Of a stretch of DNA of 64,000 nucleotides, positions 51,830 to 62,659 are shown one piece after another; position 1 is the first letter of the stretch; every line of letters begins with the position of its first letter. The stretch comes from Octopus vulgaris (taxonomy: Eukaryota). Below the pieces are notes generated by a model, which did not search any database, was not told where the DNA came from, and saw nothing but the letters and a program-made list of their open reading frames with translations. The stretch is taken from NCBI GenBank assembly GCA_951406725.2, contig OX597816.1:130324001-130388000 (forward strand), in the 5' to 3' direction. A program made the translations under genes and the position numbers.

Positions 51830-53491
51830 GTAAGACACCTTCCATCTCTTCTCACTAATATACAACCGTTATTTAATTTCCGAGAAGTAAGAACACGATA
51901 ATGTTTAATCTTAATTGCCACTAAATATTTTTGTCTCTCCTCTTTCATCCGCACTTGTTTGCTGGGCCGTAGTTAAATTTATTTATTTTCTTTAAAAAAA
52001 CTAATTCACTTTTCATACTCGTGTTCTTTGTTCTTATGTTCAATGTGTACTTACAATTTTCAGTCTCTCCTTTAACGTTCTAATTATGTGTCATTTCCGA
52101 TATAAACGATAATAACACTACTTATTTAGTCTGTGCTTTAAATTATTCTAACACATACACAGAGGCAGGGGACTTAGTTGCTCGTATTTTGATTTTTAAT
52201 ATTCATCATTGCTATGATTATTACATAACAAGCATTACTTGATAACAGTTTGTTTTCTTCAGTCACACCCATGTTATTACTTATAATCGACCGCTGGATT
52301 AAATACACATGTAAACAAATGTCCTGAAAAACTAAATGAATGAAACAATATGAAGGGCATAGTTACTTTAACTATATTGTTTGATTTATCAATGCTATTG
52401 AATTGTTTCAGGGAGCTAGTTATGTGAATTTCGATCATTGTTGTTTCTTTTCCTAGTTATTTCAATTAAAAAAAAAATTATTTAAAATATTTTTTAAACG
52501 TTGAGTGACGCAGTAATTTTTTTTTGACGTTGTTTTACTTTCACTTCAATTTTGGTCGATTAATTCACTTTTAATCACCTATACATGCCCTATCATACCT
52601 TTTGAAACTACTATTTAATTTTTTTTATTACTTATTTTAAACAGCCGCTCGCAATATACATTGTGTGTGTACATACATTTCAACTTCTGTTAAAATGTTC
52701 AATTTTATTGCTCAGTACGTTTTCTTTAACGTTAGCACGGCAGGTGAATGCCGTATGAGTCATTAATGATATGTGGTCACCTATCTTATCTAAACTATTT
52801 TATTTTATTTGTTTTTTCCATTTTTCCACACCTTAGTTCTTCAGATCGTTAACAGTTCAAGAATCTTTTAGTACATATCGTTTTTTTTTTCTATTTTTTC
52901 TCTAAAACACGTTTCTTTTGTATTGTAGCAATAAACACATGCGTTAAAGCGAGTTTAATAAATCAAGTGTTCGCTTTATCTCTCTATTTATATATATATA
53001 TATATATAATGAATTACTCAAACTAGTAATTCAGTAAATTATAAATACTTGTTTTTGCTGGAAAGTTTATAGTAATTTGAATTGTCTTTAATACTATAAT
53101 ACCAGTAAAAATACTGATGCTTCTTTAATCGTGGGAAAAGTAAAATCATGCCGGGCAGGAGTTGAATTCAAACAAACTCCAGACTAAAAATGCCTTTACA
53201 GTTTGAGCAAAATAAGGACTATTAGTATTTTGAGCAAGAGTTTTAATTTATATTCATCAGGTTAATATTGTTTTCATTATAGTATGGTAGAAGGTAAATT
53301 TTTTTACATCTACTACGTTGTCCCTTATGCTTTATTGTACTTGCTCAATTGAAAGTCATTAAAGAAAATGACTGTCACCACTTAGTCTTATCACTTATTG
53401 TCTAGACAAGAAAAGGACCAATAACAGTTGACTTGCGTAGCTAACACATTCACTTATTTGTGTGTGTGTGTGTGTATATATATATACCTCC

Positions 53492-53553
53492 ACAAAAATA
53501 TTAATTATACAAGCTAGGCATACAAATTATGATTTCATCATACAAAGAAAGTA

Positions 53554-53596
<43 letters not shown>

Positions 53597-53666
53597 GCCT
53601 ACTTTCTTTGTATGATGAAATCATAATTTGTATGCCTAGCTTGTATAATATAATTAATATTTTTGT
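53492..53666. repeat. Inverted repeat with (TA)n spacer
   Basis: ttatacaagctaggcatacaaattatgatttcatcatacaaagaaagta and its exact reverse complement across (TA)n. Confidence 0.92.
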
Positions 53667-53999
53667 TGCTTAAAGTCTGTGGCATTTGGGAGAAAGATGT
53701 TATCTTGTATTAATTAGTATTTCATATTACGTTGGCTACTGTTCGGTTATAGTCAGTTAAAATTACGAGTATTATAATTATTTGCCTTGGTAAATCAGCC
53801 TGCGTCACACCACAATATGCTACTATGTAAAAGTGTTGGACCTAGTGACTTTGACAAGTACTTTACATGGAATGCACATATGATTAAACTGCTACTATTA
53901 AGCTTGTGTTTATTCTACAATAGGTGCTACTAGAAATAAACCTTTTGAATTTATTGTTTGGAAGGATACTCTTAGCTGTTTAAAGTAGTATGTAAGCAT

Positions 54000-55330
54000 T
54001 TAAAGATATTTAATGACTAGTGTGGTGGAAGTGAAAGTCTTGCTAAGAGTAAAAAGAAATGGGATGAATTTGATCTGCATATGTCTGAGAGATTATATGT
54101 CAGCAAGCTAAACTGGCTGTTGATAATCAAAAATGGGAGCTGTTTAATAGAGTGATAATGTATGGAAAGCAATACTAGTTGTCTAAAAAGAGAGAAACGA
54201 ATGAAATAAACCATCATCCCATTACAACTGTTTTTTCCTCAGAATTGAAGAGTATAACTACAAATTTACAAAGAAAAAATACGTTTTATAAACTTACATT
54301 AATTTTCTTTATTTGTTAGTTTGAAGAAGAATGTTCCTTGGAATTCTCCTGCATTATATAGTATCTATAGGATGATTGAATGAGTTTAATATGTTGAGAG
54401 AAAGAGATTTAAAGAACATATTTGAAGTAGGAATAGTATTCAGCAAGATTTATAAAGTAGAGGTTTGTAGCAGGAATTGATAAGGTAGAGGTACAATTCT
54501 GCTTGATGGTTTGTGCAATCTAATACCCTAGTTACTGAAGCAGGTGCAGCAATTAAAATAGGGAGACAGTTCTTAATGGTGAGATAAATCTGGACCTTGT
54601 ACCATGGAAACTAACAGGTATGAATTACTGAAAAGAAGTCAGTCTCTCTGAAATAGTTTTTAAAATCCTGAGAATGTTGACCCCCAGATGAACATACAGA
54701 TATTTTTGTCTTTGAGAGTGTAATGTTGTTTAGTTATGACTTGGTCTTTCAAACATAATTAGTTACACATTGGTGAAATAATATTTGTTTTGGTGATGTT
54801 AACTGTTATTAATCTGCTCATCTCAAAATGAACTGGATGAAGATCCTTCTTGATCCTTCTGATGTAGAGTGTTTAAGGCTAGTGGAATATAGTAAAGATT
54901 TTGAGAAGATGGTGTTTCTTGGGTGTATCATAACTAGGAATGTGTGGCTTGAAATGATGAAAAGATAGTCATTACTATAGAAGAGAAAAGAGGTTCTGAA
55001 TAAACAGCACATTCTTGAAGAATGTCAAAATTGATAGGGTGTGAAATGGTTTCACTGATGCCTGCTTTAAAAGAAGTAACTAATTGTCAATCTAGTTATT
55101 AAGCTGTGGATCTAGTTTGTAACTAAGAATTTAAAATCTTTGTGTCAATTTTATATGCAAGATCAGGAGTTTGAATGGCAATTTTGTTTAGATCCAAACA
55201 GTCTAGGCCAGATGTTAGGTATGTATATTAAAAAAAATGTCACTTGTGAATTTGACTTTTCAGAATCCTTACTGATGTTTGCTGAAGAAGGATTAGGATT
55301 TAAGGTGGAACTGTTAGCCCTTGAGTCATC
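54000..55330 (-). mobile_element. Highly degenerate non-LTR retrotransposon (CR1/Jockey-group-like RT C-terminus)
   Basis: Faint motifs SFLFYSND, YKVQIYLTIKNC..I..AAP and YRYY in the expected order. Confidence 0.45.
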
Positions 55331-55869
55331 TGTGATCAAGAAAAACCATGTTCAAAGATGTACCAGCTATGATTACTCCACTTTTTATTTAAACAGAGTG
55401 TATCCAGGTTTACATTATTCAATGTGGGCTTCATTTTCAAAATGATAGGATGTGATTTAAGGAATAGTTGTTCTTTCAAGTGAGTTGGTCAACTGTATAG
55501 AGACTTCTCTAGTTGATTAAAGGGGTTGTAGTTGGTGGTTTTTATCTTTTATTTGTTTCAGTCATTTGATCGTGGCCATGCTGGAGCATGCCTTGAAAGG
55601 TTTTAGTTGAATCCCAGAACTTTATTTTTGTACTCTTTTGCTGAACCGCTAAGTTATGAGGACATAAACACACCAACACTGGTTGTAAAGAGGTGGTGGG
55701 AGACAAACACAGACACAAAAATACACACACACACAGCCACACCTGTGCCTATCTCCATAAACTTGGACATGTTTCAAGTGTGAATAATTAAATATTTTCA
55801 GTGTGGTTATCTTTTTTCTTGTAGATAACACACTCATACTTCTATATTTCATAACTGCAGGTGTGGCAG

Positions 55870-56238
55870 GTGCAGGCATTGCTGTGTAGTTGAGAGGCTT
55901 GCTTCCCAACCATATAGTCTTGGGTTCAGTCTGGACAAGTGTCTTCTATAGCGCTGGCTGATCAAAGCCTTGTGAATGGATTTGGTAGCTGGGAATTGTA
56001 AGGAACTAATTTGTATGTCCTCTTGTCTTGACATTGTGTAACTGACTGTCATTGTCATACAGTGTCATTCATTTTCAATATTCTGCAAGAACATGTCTGA
56101 TCATGTGGAAATATTACCTTACTTGGAAACAAGTGAAGGTTGGCAACAAGGAGGACATCCGACTGTAGAAAGTCTACCTCAATAAACTCCATCTGACATG
56201 TGCAGGCATGGAAGAGAGTTCATTACAACAACAATGAT
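55870..56238 (+). mobile_element. SINE with family-A head and RTE-type tail (similar copies at ~1040-1445 -, ~6606-6950 -, ~28850-29250 +)
   Basis: Same tRNA-like head and aaagccttgtga.tggatttggtag domain, followed by a different body ending ggacatcc..ctgtagaaa...gcatggaa...(gat)n. Confidence 0.75.
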
Positions 56239-56399
56239 CATCATCATCATCATCATCGTTTAGCGTCCGTTTTCCATGCTAGCATGGGTTGGACGGGTCA
56301 ACTGGGGTCTGTGAAGCTGGAAGGCTTCGTCAGGCCCAGTCAGATCTGGCAGTGTTTCTACGGCTGGATGCCCTTCCTAACGCCAACCACTCCGCGAGT

Positions 56400-57180
56400 G
56401 TAGTGGGTGTTTTTTACGTGCCACCTGCACAGGTGCCAGACAGAGCTGGTGAATGGCCACGAACGGATGGTGCTTTTACGTGTCACCGGCTCGGGGCCAG
56501 GCGATGCTGGCAACGGACACGAACGGATGGTGCTTTTACGTGCCACCGACACGGTTGCCAGACAGAGCTGGCAAACGGCCACGAACGGACGGTGCTTTTA
56601 CGTGTCACCGGCACGGGGGCCAGCCGAGGCTGGCAACGGATGCGAACGGATGGTGCTTTTACGTGCCACCGACACGGTTGCCAGACAGAGCTGGCAAACG
56701 GCCACGAGCAGACGGTGCTTTTACGTGTCACCGGCACGGGGGCCAGCTGAGGCTGGCAACGGACGCGAACAGATGGTGCTTTTACGTGCCACCGACACGG
56801 TTGCCAGACAGAGCTGGCAAACGGCCACGAGCGGACGGTGCTTTTACGTGGCAACGGACACGGACGGATGGTGCTTTTACGTGCCACCGACACAGGGCCA
56901 GACAGAGCTGGCAAATGGCCACGAACGGATGGTGCTTTTACGTGCCACCGACACGGGGCCAGACAGAGCTGGCCAACGGCCACGAACGGACGGTGCTTTT
57001 ACGTGTCACCGGCACGGGGCCAGGCGAGGCTGGCAACGAACACGAACGGATGGTGCTTTTACGTGCCACCGACACGGGGCCAGGCAGAGCTGGCAAACGG
57101 CCATGAGCGAATGGTGCTTATACGTATCACCGGCACGGGTGCCAGACGAGGCTGACAGCGGACACGAACAGATGGGTCAC
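56400..57180 (-). repeat. Tandem array of about 13 units of ~61 bp in the RTE 3' UTR, with a ~123-bp dimeric higher-order period
   Basis: Recurring ggtgcttttacgtg(c/t)cacc core, with alternating gccagacagagctggc and gccag..gaggctggc units. Confidence 0.95.
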
Positions 57181-57222
57181 TTAACCCCTGCTTTCTGATA
57201 TATGATTTGATTTTGATTGTTC

Positions 57223-60012
57223 TCACTGGTCTTGCCGGGTCTTCTCACGCACAGCATACTTCCATAGGTCTCGGTCTCTGGTCATTTCCTTGGTGAGACC
57301 TAGAGTTCGAAGGTCGTGCTTCACCACCTCGACCCAGGTTTTCCTGGGTCTACCTCTTCCACAGGTCCCCTCAACTGTCAGGGTGTGGCACTTTTTCACA
57401 CACCTATCTTCATCCATTCTCACCACATGACCATACCAGCGCAATCGTCTCTCTTGCACACAACATCTGATTCCTCTTAGGTCCAACTTTTCTCTCAAGG
57501 TACTTACACTCTGTCGACTATGAACACTGACATTACACATCCAACGGAGCATACTAGCTTCATTTCTCGCGAGCTTACGCATGTCCTCAGCAGTCACGGC
57601 CCATGTTTCACTGCCATGTAGCATGGCTGTTCGTACACATGCATCATACAGTCTGCCTTTTACTCTGAGCGAGAGGCCTTTAGTCACCAACAGAGGTAAG
57701 AGCTCCCTAAACTTTGCCCAGGCTATTCTTACTCTAGCCGTTACACTTTCAGCACACCCACCCCCACTACTGACTTGGTCACCAAGATAACGGAAGCTAT
57801 CAACTACTTCTAGTTTTTCCCCCTGGAAAGTGACGGAAGTTGTTTTCTGCAGATTTTCAGAGGTTAATGCTCCCGAGCATCTGCCACATACAAAAACCAT
57901 CTTCCTAGTTAGCCTTCCTATGACATTGCTGCACCTCTTATGTGTCCATAGCTTACACTTGGTGCATCTTATAGAGTTTCTACCTACACCTTTTCTACAG
58001 ATCGAGCAGGGCCATCTACCTGAAGGCGTTTGTGATTTGTCTACCTTCCTACTTATTACGACTTTGGTTTTAGCTAGGTTGACTCTAAGGCCCTTCGATT
58101 CTAAACCATGCTTCCACACCTGAAACTTCTTCTCCAGTTCTGATAATGACTCAGCAATTAGAGCAAGGTCATCAGCATAGAGGAGCTCCCAGGGGCATCC
58201 TGTCTTGAATTCCTCCGTTATTGCCTGGAGGACTATGATAAATAGGAGGGGGCTGAGGACTGAGCCTTGGTGGACCCCTACCTCTACCCGGAATTCTTCA
58301 CTGTACTCATTTCCAACCCTCACCTTACTAGCAGCGTCCCTGTACATGGCTTGCACAGCTCTCACTAACCATTCTTCTATTCCTAGTTTCCTCATTGACC
58401 ACCATATGAGGGATCGGGGGACCCTGTCGAAGGCTTTCTCCATGTCAACAAAAGCCAGGTACATGGCCTTATCTTTGGCTAGGTATTTCTCCTGCAGCTG
58501 CCTTACCAGGAATATAGCATCAGTGGTACTTTTCCCTGGCATGAAACCAAACTGCATCTCATCTAAACTAACTCTCTCTCTAATTAGTTGGCTTATGACC
58601 CTCTCTGTAACCTTCATCACCTGATCCAACAGCTTGATACCTCTGTAATTATTTGTATCTAGGGCATCACCTTTACCTTTGTAGCAGTTGACTATTATGC
58701 TGCTACACCAGTCATTGGGTATGACTCCTTCATGTATCACCTGATTAACTATACAGGTGACTAGGCTATAGCCGACACTACCAGATATTTTGAGCATCTC
58801 TGCAGTGATACCTGATGGGTCTGGGGCTTTCCCTGTCTTCATGCTTCTAATTGCCTTAGCTACTAAGGAACTATCAACCCTGATAGCTGGTCCCTCTGTT
58901 GGGTCAACGTTCGGCAGACTCTCTTTATCCCATTCATTTTCTTTATTCAGCAACCTCTCATAGTGGCATCTCCAAGCCTCTCTCTTTGCATCCTCGTTTA
59001 GCGCAAGTGAACCATCTTCCATGCGAACACACTTCTCTCCCACCACATCACAATTCTCTCTCACACACTGTCTTGCAACGCGAAACACCTCCAGTCTTTG
59101 GTCCTCACGGCGCAGAACATTGGCAAATTTTTTCTTATCTGCTTCCCCTCTGGCTAGATAGACCTGTCTCCTAGCTTCCCTTTTAGCAGTCTGATACAAT
59201 TCCCTGCTACCACCATTCTTCCAGTGCTTCCAAGTCTGTCTCTTTTCTGTAATAGCCCTGTCTACGACACTGTTCCACCACCACGTTACCTTGGGACGAG
59301 AGGGGACTTTGCACCAGCCACAGATCTGGTCAGTGGCTCTCAGCAGGTTGTCCCTTAGAAACGTCCAGTTGTCCTCTACCGCATGTGATACACTATCCCC
59401 TTCTATTTCGTCAAAGGCTTCAAGTAACATGTCTCTAAATCTCTGTCCATTCACAGGATCCTTAAGCTTCCAGATCCTTCTTCTCCATGTTGGTCGTCTT
59501 CTGGTTGTCCTCCTACTCCTGATCCTAAAGTCACTAACTACCAGTCTATGTTGTGGGGTGCATTCTTCGCCTGGGAAGGTTTTGGCATTTATAAGTAGCC
59601 ATCTCTCCCTTTGCCTGGCAAGGATGTAGTCAATTTGGCTGGTATGTTGGCCCGATCGGTAGGTGACTAGGTGGTTGGTAGGTTTCCTGAAGTTAGTGTT
59701 GCAAATCATAAGATTATTTGCATCGCAGAACTCCAGCAGCCTGGTTCCCTCCTCGTTGCGGGAACCAGAGCCATAGCCTCCATGTACGCCGTGGAAGCCC
59801 CCAGCATGTCGTCCAACGTGACCATTGAAGTCACCAGCCACAAAGAGAAGGTCTCTGTCGTTCGTCAACGAGGTAGTCTGCAGTAGAGTGTCATAGAATC
59901 GGTCTTTCTGTCCATCAGGTAGCCCCGACTGAGGAGCATAGGCTGATATAATGGTTGCTAAACTATGATGAAGCGCTAATCTAATCTTAAGTATTCTGTC
60001 GCATACTCTGAT
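57223..60012 (-). CDS. RTE ORF: partial APE endonuclease + reverse transcriptase + PHD-type zinc finger (no native start)
   Basis: Motifs SAYAPQ, GDFNGHVG, QIDYIL, NYRGIKLL, QFGF, DMEKAFD, GVHQGSVLSPLLF, YADD, FRYLG, RRLRWYGHV, RGRPRKTW. The frame stays open for 48 codons upstream of the tracked 881-aa ORF, up to the truncation point. Confidence 0.93.
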   Translation of the reverse strand: MRVCDRILKIRLALHHSLATIISAYAPQSGLPDGQKDRFYDTLLQTTSLTNDRDLLFVAGDFNGHVGRHAGGFHGVHGGYGSGSRNEEGTRLLEFCDANNLMICNTNFRKPTNHLVTYRSGQHTSQIDYILARQRERWLLINAKTFPGEECTPQHRLVVSDFRIRSRRTTRRRPTWRRRIWKLKDPVNGQRFRDMLLEAFDEIEGDSVSHAVEDNWTFLRDNLLRATDQICGWCKVPSRPKVTWWWNSVVDRAITEKRQTWKHWKNGGSRELYQTAKREARRQVYLARGEADKKKFANVLRREDQRLEVFRVARQCVRENCDVVGEKCVRMEDGSLALNEDAKREAWRCHYERLLNKENEWDKESLPNVDPTEGPAIRVDSSLVAKAIRSMKTGKAPDPSGITAEMLKISGSVGYSLVTCIVNQVIHEGVIPNDWCSSIIVNCYKGKGDALDTNNYRGIKLLDQVMKVTERVISQLIRERVSLDEMQFGFMPGKSTTDAIFLVRQLQEKYLAKDKAMYLAFVDMEKAFDRVPRSLIWWSMRKLGIEEWLVRAVQAMYRDAASKVRVGNEYSEEFRVEVGVHQGSVLSPLLFIIVLQAITEEFKTGCPWELLYADDLALIAESLSELEKKFQVWKHGLESKGLRVNLAKTKVVISRKVDKSQTPSGRWPCSICRKGVGRNSIRCTKCKLWTHKRCSNVIGRLTRKMVFVCGRCSGALTSENLQKTTSVTFQGEKLEVVDSFRYLGDQVSSGGGCAESVTARVRIAWAKFRELLPLLVTKGLSLRVKGRLYDACVRTAMLHGSETWAVTAEDMRKLARNEASMLRWMCNVSVHSRQSVSTLREKLDLRGIRCCVQERRLRWYGHVVRMDEDRCVKKCHTLTVEGTCGRGRPRKTWVEVVKHDLRTLGLTKEMTRDRDLWKYAVREKTRQDQ

Positions 60013-60097
60013 TAATGATGATGATGCTATTTAATTAACTCCCAGTTAACCTTGATTGAGGAAACCTCTGTGATAACTGAGCATACTATTATTTCAT

Positions 60098-60485
60098 TCT
60101 TTTACTTGTTTCAGTCATTTGAGTGTGGCCATGCTGGAGCACCAACTTTAGTTGAGCAAATTGGCTCCAGGACTTATTCTTTATAAGCCTAGTACTTATT
60201 CTATCAGTCTGTTTTGCTAAACTGCTAAGTTACAGGGAACGTAAACACACCAGCAATGGTTGTCAAGCGATAGTGGGTGGGCAAACACAGACACACAAAT
60301 ATATATATACACACACACACATGACAGGCTTCTTTCAGTTTCCGTCTACCAAATCTACTCACAAGGCTTTGGTTGGCCCAAGGCTATAGTAGGAGACACT
60401 TACCTAAGGTACCATGCAGTGGGACTGAACCTGGAACCATGTGGTTGGGAAGCAAGCTTTTTATCACACAGTTACTCCTGCGCCT
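60098..60485 (-). mobile_element. SINE family A copy
   Basis: Reverse complement of the 39248-39632 element along its length. Confidence 0.85.
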
Positions 60486-62659
60486 ATGTTTTTTTTTCTA
60501 TTTAGGTCCAATATATTTAAAATCACATGATACCATGTTCTTCATTTTTAAGGTAGTAGGGTGTGATTTGAAGGAAATATTTTTACCCCCTGCCAACCAC
60601 ATTGACTCGATATTTCATAATGGCAGAATCATTAGCATACCAAACAAAATGCTTAGTGGTTTTTTTTTTTTGTCTGCCTTTATGTTCTGGGTTCAAATTC
60701 CACTGAAGTTGACTTTGTCTTTCATCCTTTTGGAGTTGATAAAAAAAAGTACCAGTTGAGCACTGGGGTCAACGTAATCAGTTAGCCAATTCCCTCCAAT
60801 TTCTGGCTTTGTGTCAAAATTTGAAACCAATGTTTATATCAATTGCCTCCCTAATATAATGCAGATAAGTTTAGGTAAGATAGAATTGAAAGAAATTTGC
60901 TATCTAAATGTGGAGGTCAAGTACAATAGATATGTGTTGGCTTTTGCAGTAAAGTACCCATGTGTTATGAGTTTAGGAATGTGAGATAAGATGGTGACGA
61001 GGAAGAGAACAGAAGAAAGACTAAGTTGTTATGAATCATTGAGGATGTCAAAAGATTCGACTTCTAGTGCAGATTTGTCAGCTGATTGAGTGAGAAAGGT
61101 TAAAGCTTGAGTTGTTGAAGTTTTCAAGAATGCTACTTGAAATATGATGCAACTGTTTTTATTATGAGAATTTAAACTTTTTGTGATTAAGCAGAAACAA
61201 TGTGAGAATATTTTTTATCTTTTACTTATTTCAGTCATTAGACTACAGCCATGGGCATTGCCTTCAGGAATTTTAGTCGAATGAATCAACTCTAGTACAT
61301 ATTTTCTAAGTAATATGAAATAGATACTTGTGCCCAATGGCGAGCTTTGAGTGGGAATTGAATACAATCAGCAAGTCTGTTGAAAAAGCAGTAAACATTA
61401 AAATTCAGCATGGTGATGTGTCAACGTCAAGAGAAACTTGGTGAAGTTGGATTTATCAATTAGAGAGTTTCTTTCTTTTTTTTTTTACTATTCATGAATT
61501 TGGTGATTGTGAGATTAGCCGACTTAGGATATGCCAAAAATAAAGGTAGTGCATGAAATACTGTTGGACTACCAACATATGGATCATAAATTGAAAGCTT
61601 ATGCAAGTGGTTTGTTATGTTTCTGAGTAGCGCACTTAGTTTTGCATCTTTCTTGCCTCCCCTCTGTTGAGGATGGGTGTGTTATTTGTTAGATTGGGGA
61701 GGGTGCTATATAAAGAAAAGTTTATTATGCCTGTGTTTATGACTTGTTGCAACCCCAAATATAACATCAATGCTTCATAAGTTATTGACTAACATAGGGT
61801 TACAGTGATGGTAAGTGGTGGGTGTAGGGTAGAGAGAGTGCAAAGAGAAAAGTAGAGGGAAGAGTGGGTGTTTGCAATACCACTGTGTGTGCGTGTGTAA
61901 GCTGAAGTGTAGTTAAATTTGAAATTCTTTCAATTGTTTAGAGGTTAACAAGCATCTATTGTGTGGTAAAGAATATAAAATATGTGTAGCTAGGTGTGCA
62001 ACAGTCATTCTTGCAATATATTACATCCAGGTAATGAATATGTCTCTCTCTCTCTCTCTCCACCCATCCATCCATCCATGTGATAGAGAGAGAGAGCATG
62101 TATGTATACATGATAGGCTTCTTTGCAGTTTCCATCTGTCAGATTTCACTCGAAAGACGGTCAACTTGATGCTATTAGTAGAAACAAGTACATCATATCC
62201 AAAACTATCTGGTTGCAAAATGAACTAAATGACACAGCCATGCTTGTGCCTGACAATGCTTAGAATATAAAGTTTTCCAGAAATTGTTGGTATATCAATC
62301 TTAATATATACAGTTGGTGGAATTATTCAAATTGATGATGCTTAAGTGGACAGAGTAGTGACTTCTGTCATGAAATAGACAGTGTTTATGTTTGCATTTC
62401 TTAAATTATTTATTTATTCTTTACGATTTTGACTTATAAATTTGGATATTTTTTGCCTATTATTGGAGCAGAAAATAAAAGAACTAATTTTCAGGGGCAA
62501 AATACAATACTTGCAATAGGTTTAGTTTCATGTTATTCAGAGCTTTTGATTCTTACTGTCATTGTGCTTCACACTTTTGCAACAAAATATTATTTGATTC
62601 TCCCTGGAAAATACATTGATAGAATGGAGCTACTTATGTTATAGGTGGACTACATATTA

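Larger units (their letters stand above)
56239..60013 (-). mobile_element. RTE-clade LINE, young, 5'-truncated within the APE endonuclease
   Basis: Continuous ORF, about 1 kb 3' UTR with a tandem array, (GAT)n tail at about 56239-56257, and candidate TSD aatgat (56233-56238 / 60014-60019). Confidence 0.95.

Noticed and set aside
56289-57198. Long overlapping ORFs (up to 263 aa) and a CRISPR-like look of the array
   Set aside because: These are by-products of a GC-rich tandem repeat with a 123-bp period in a LINE 3' UTR. There are no unique spacers and no cas genes, and the context is eukaryotic.
62429-62644. Candidate second coding exon of the plus-strand gene
   Set aside because: The phase-compatible frame after the best acceptor hits a stop before any good donor.
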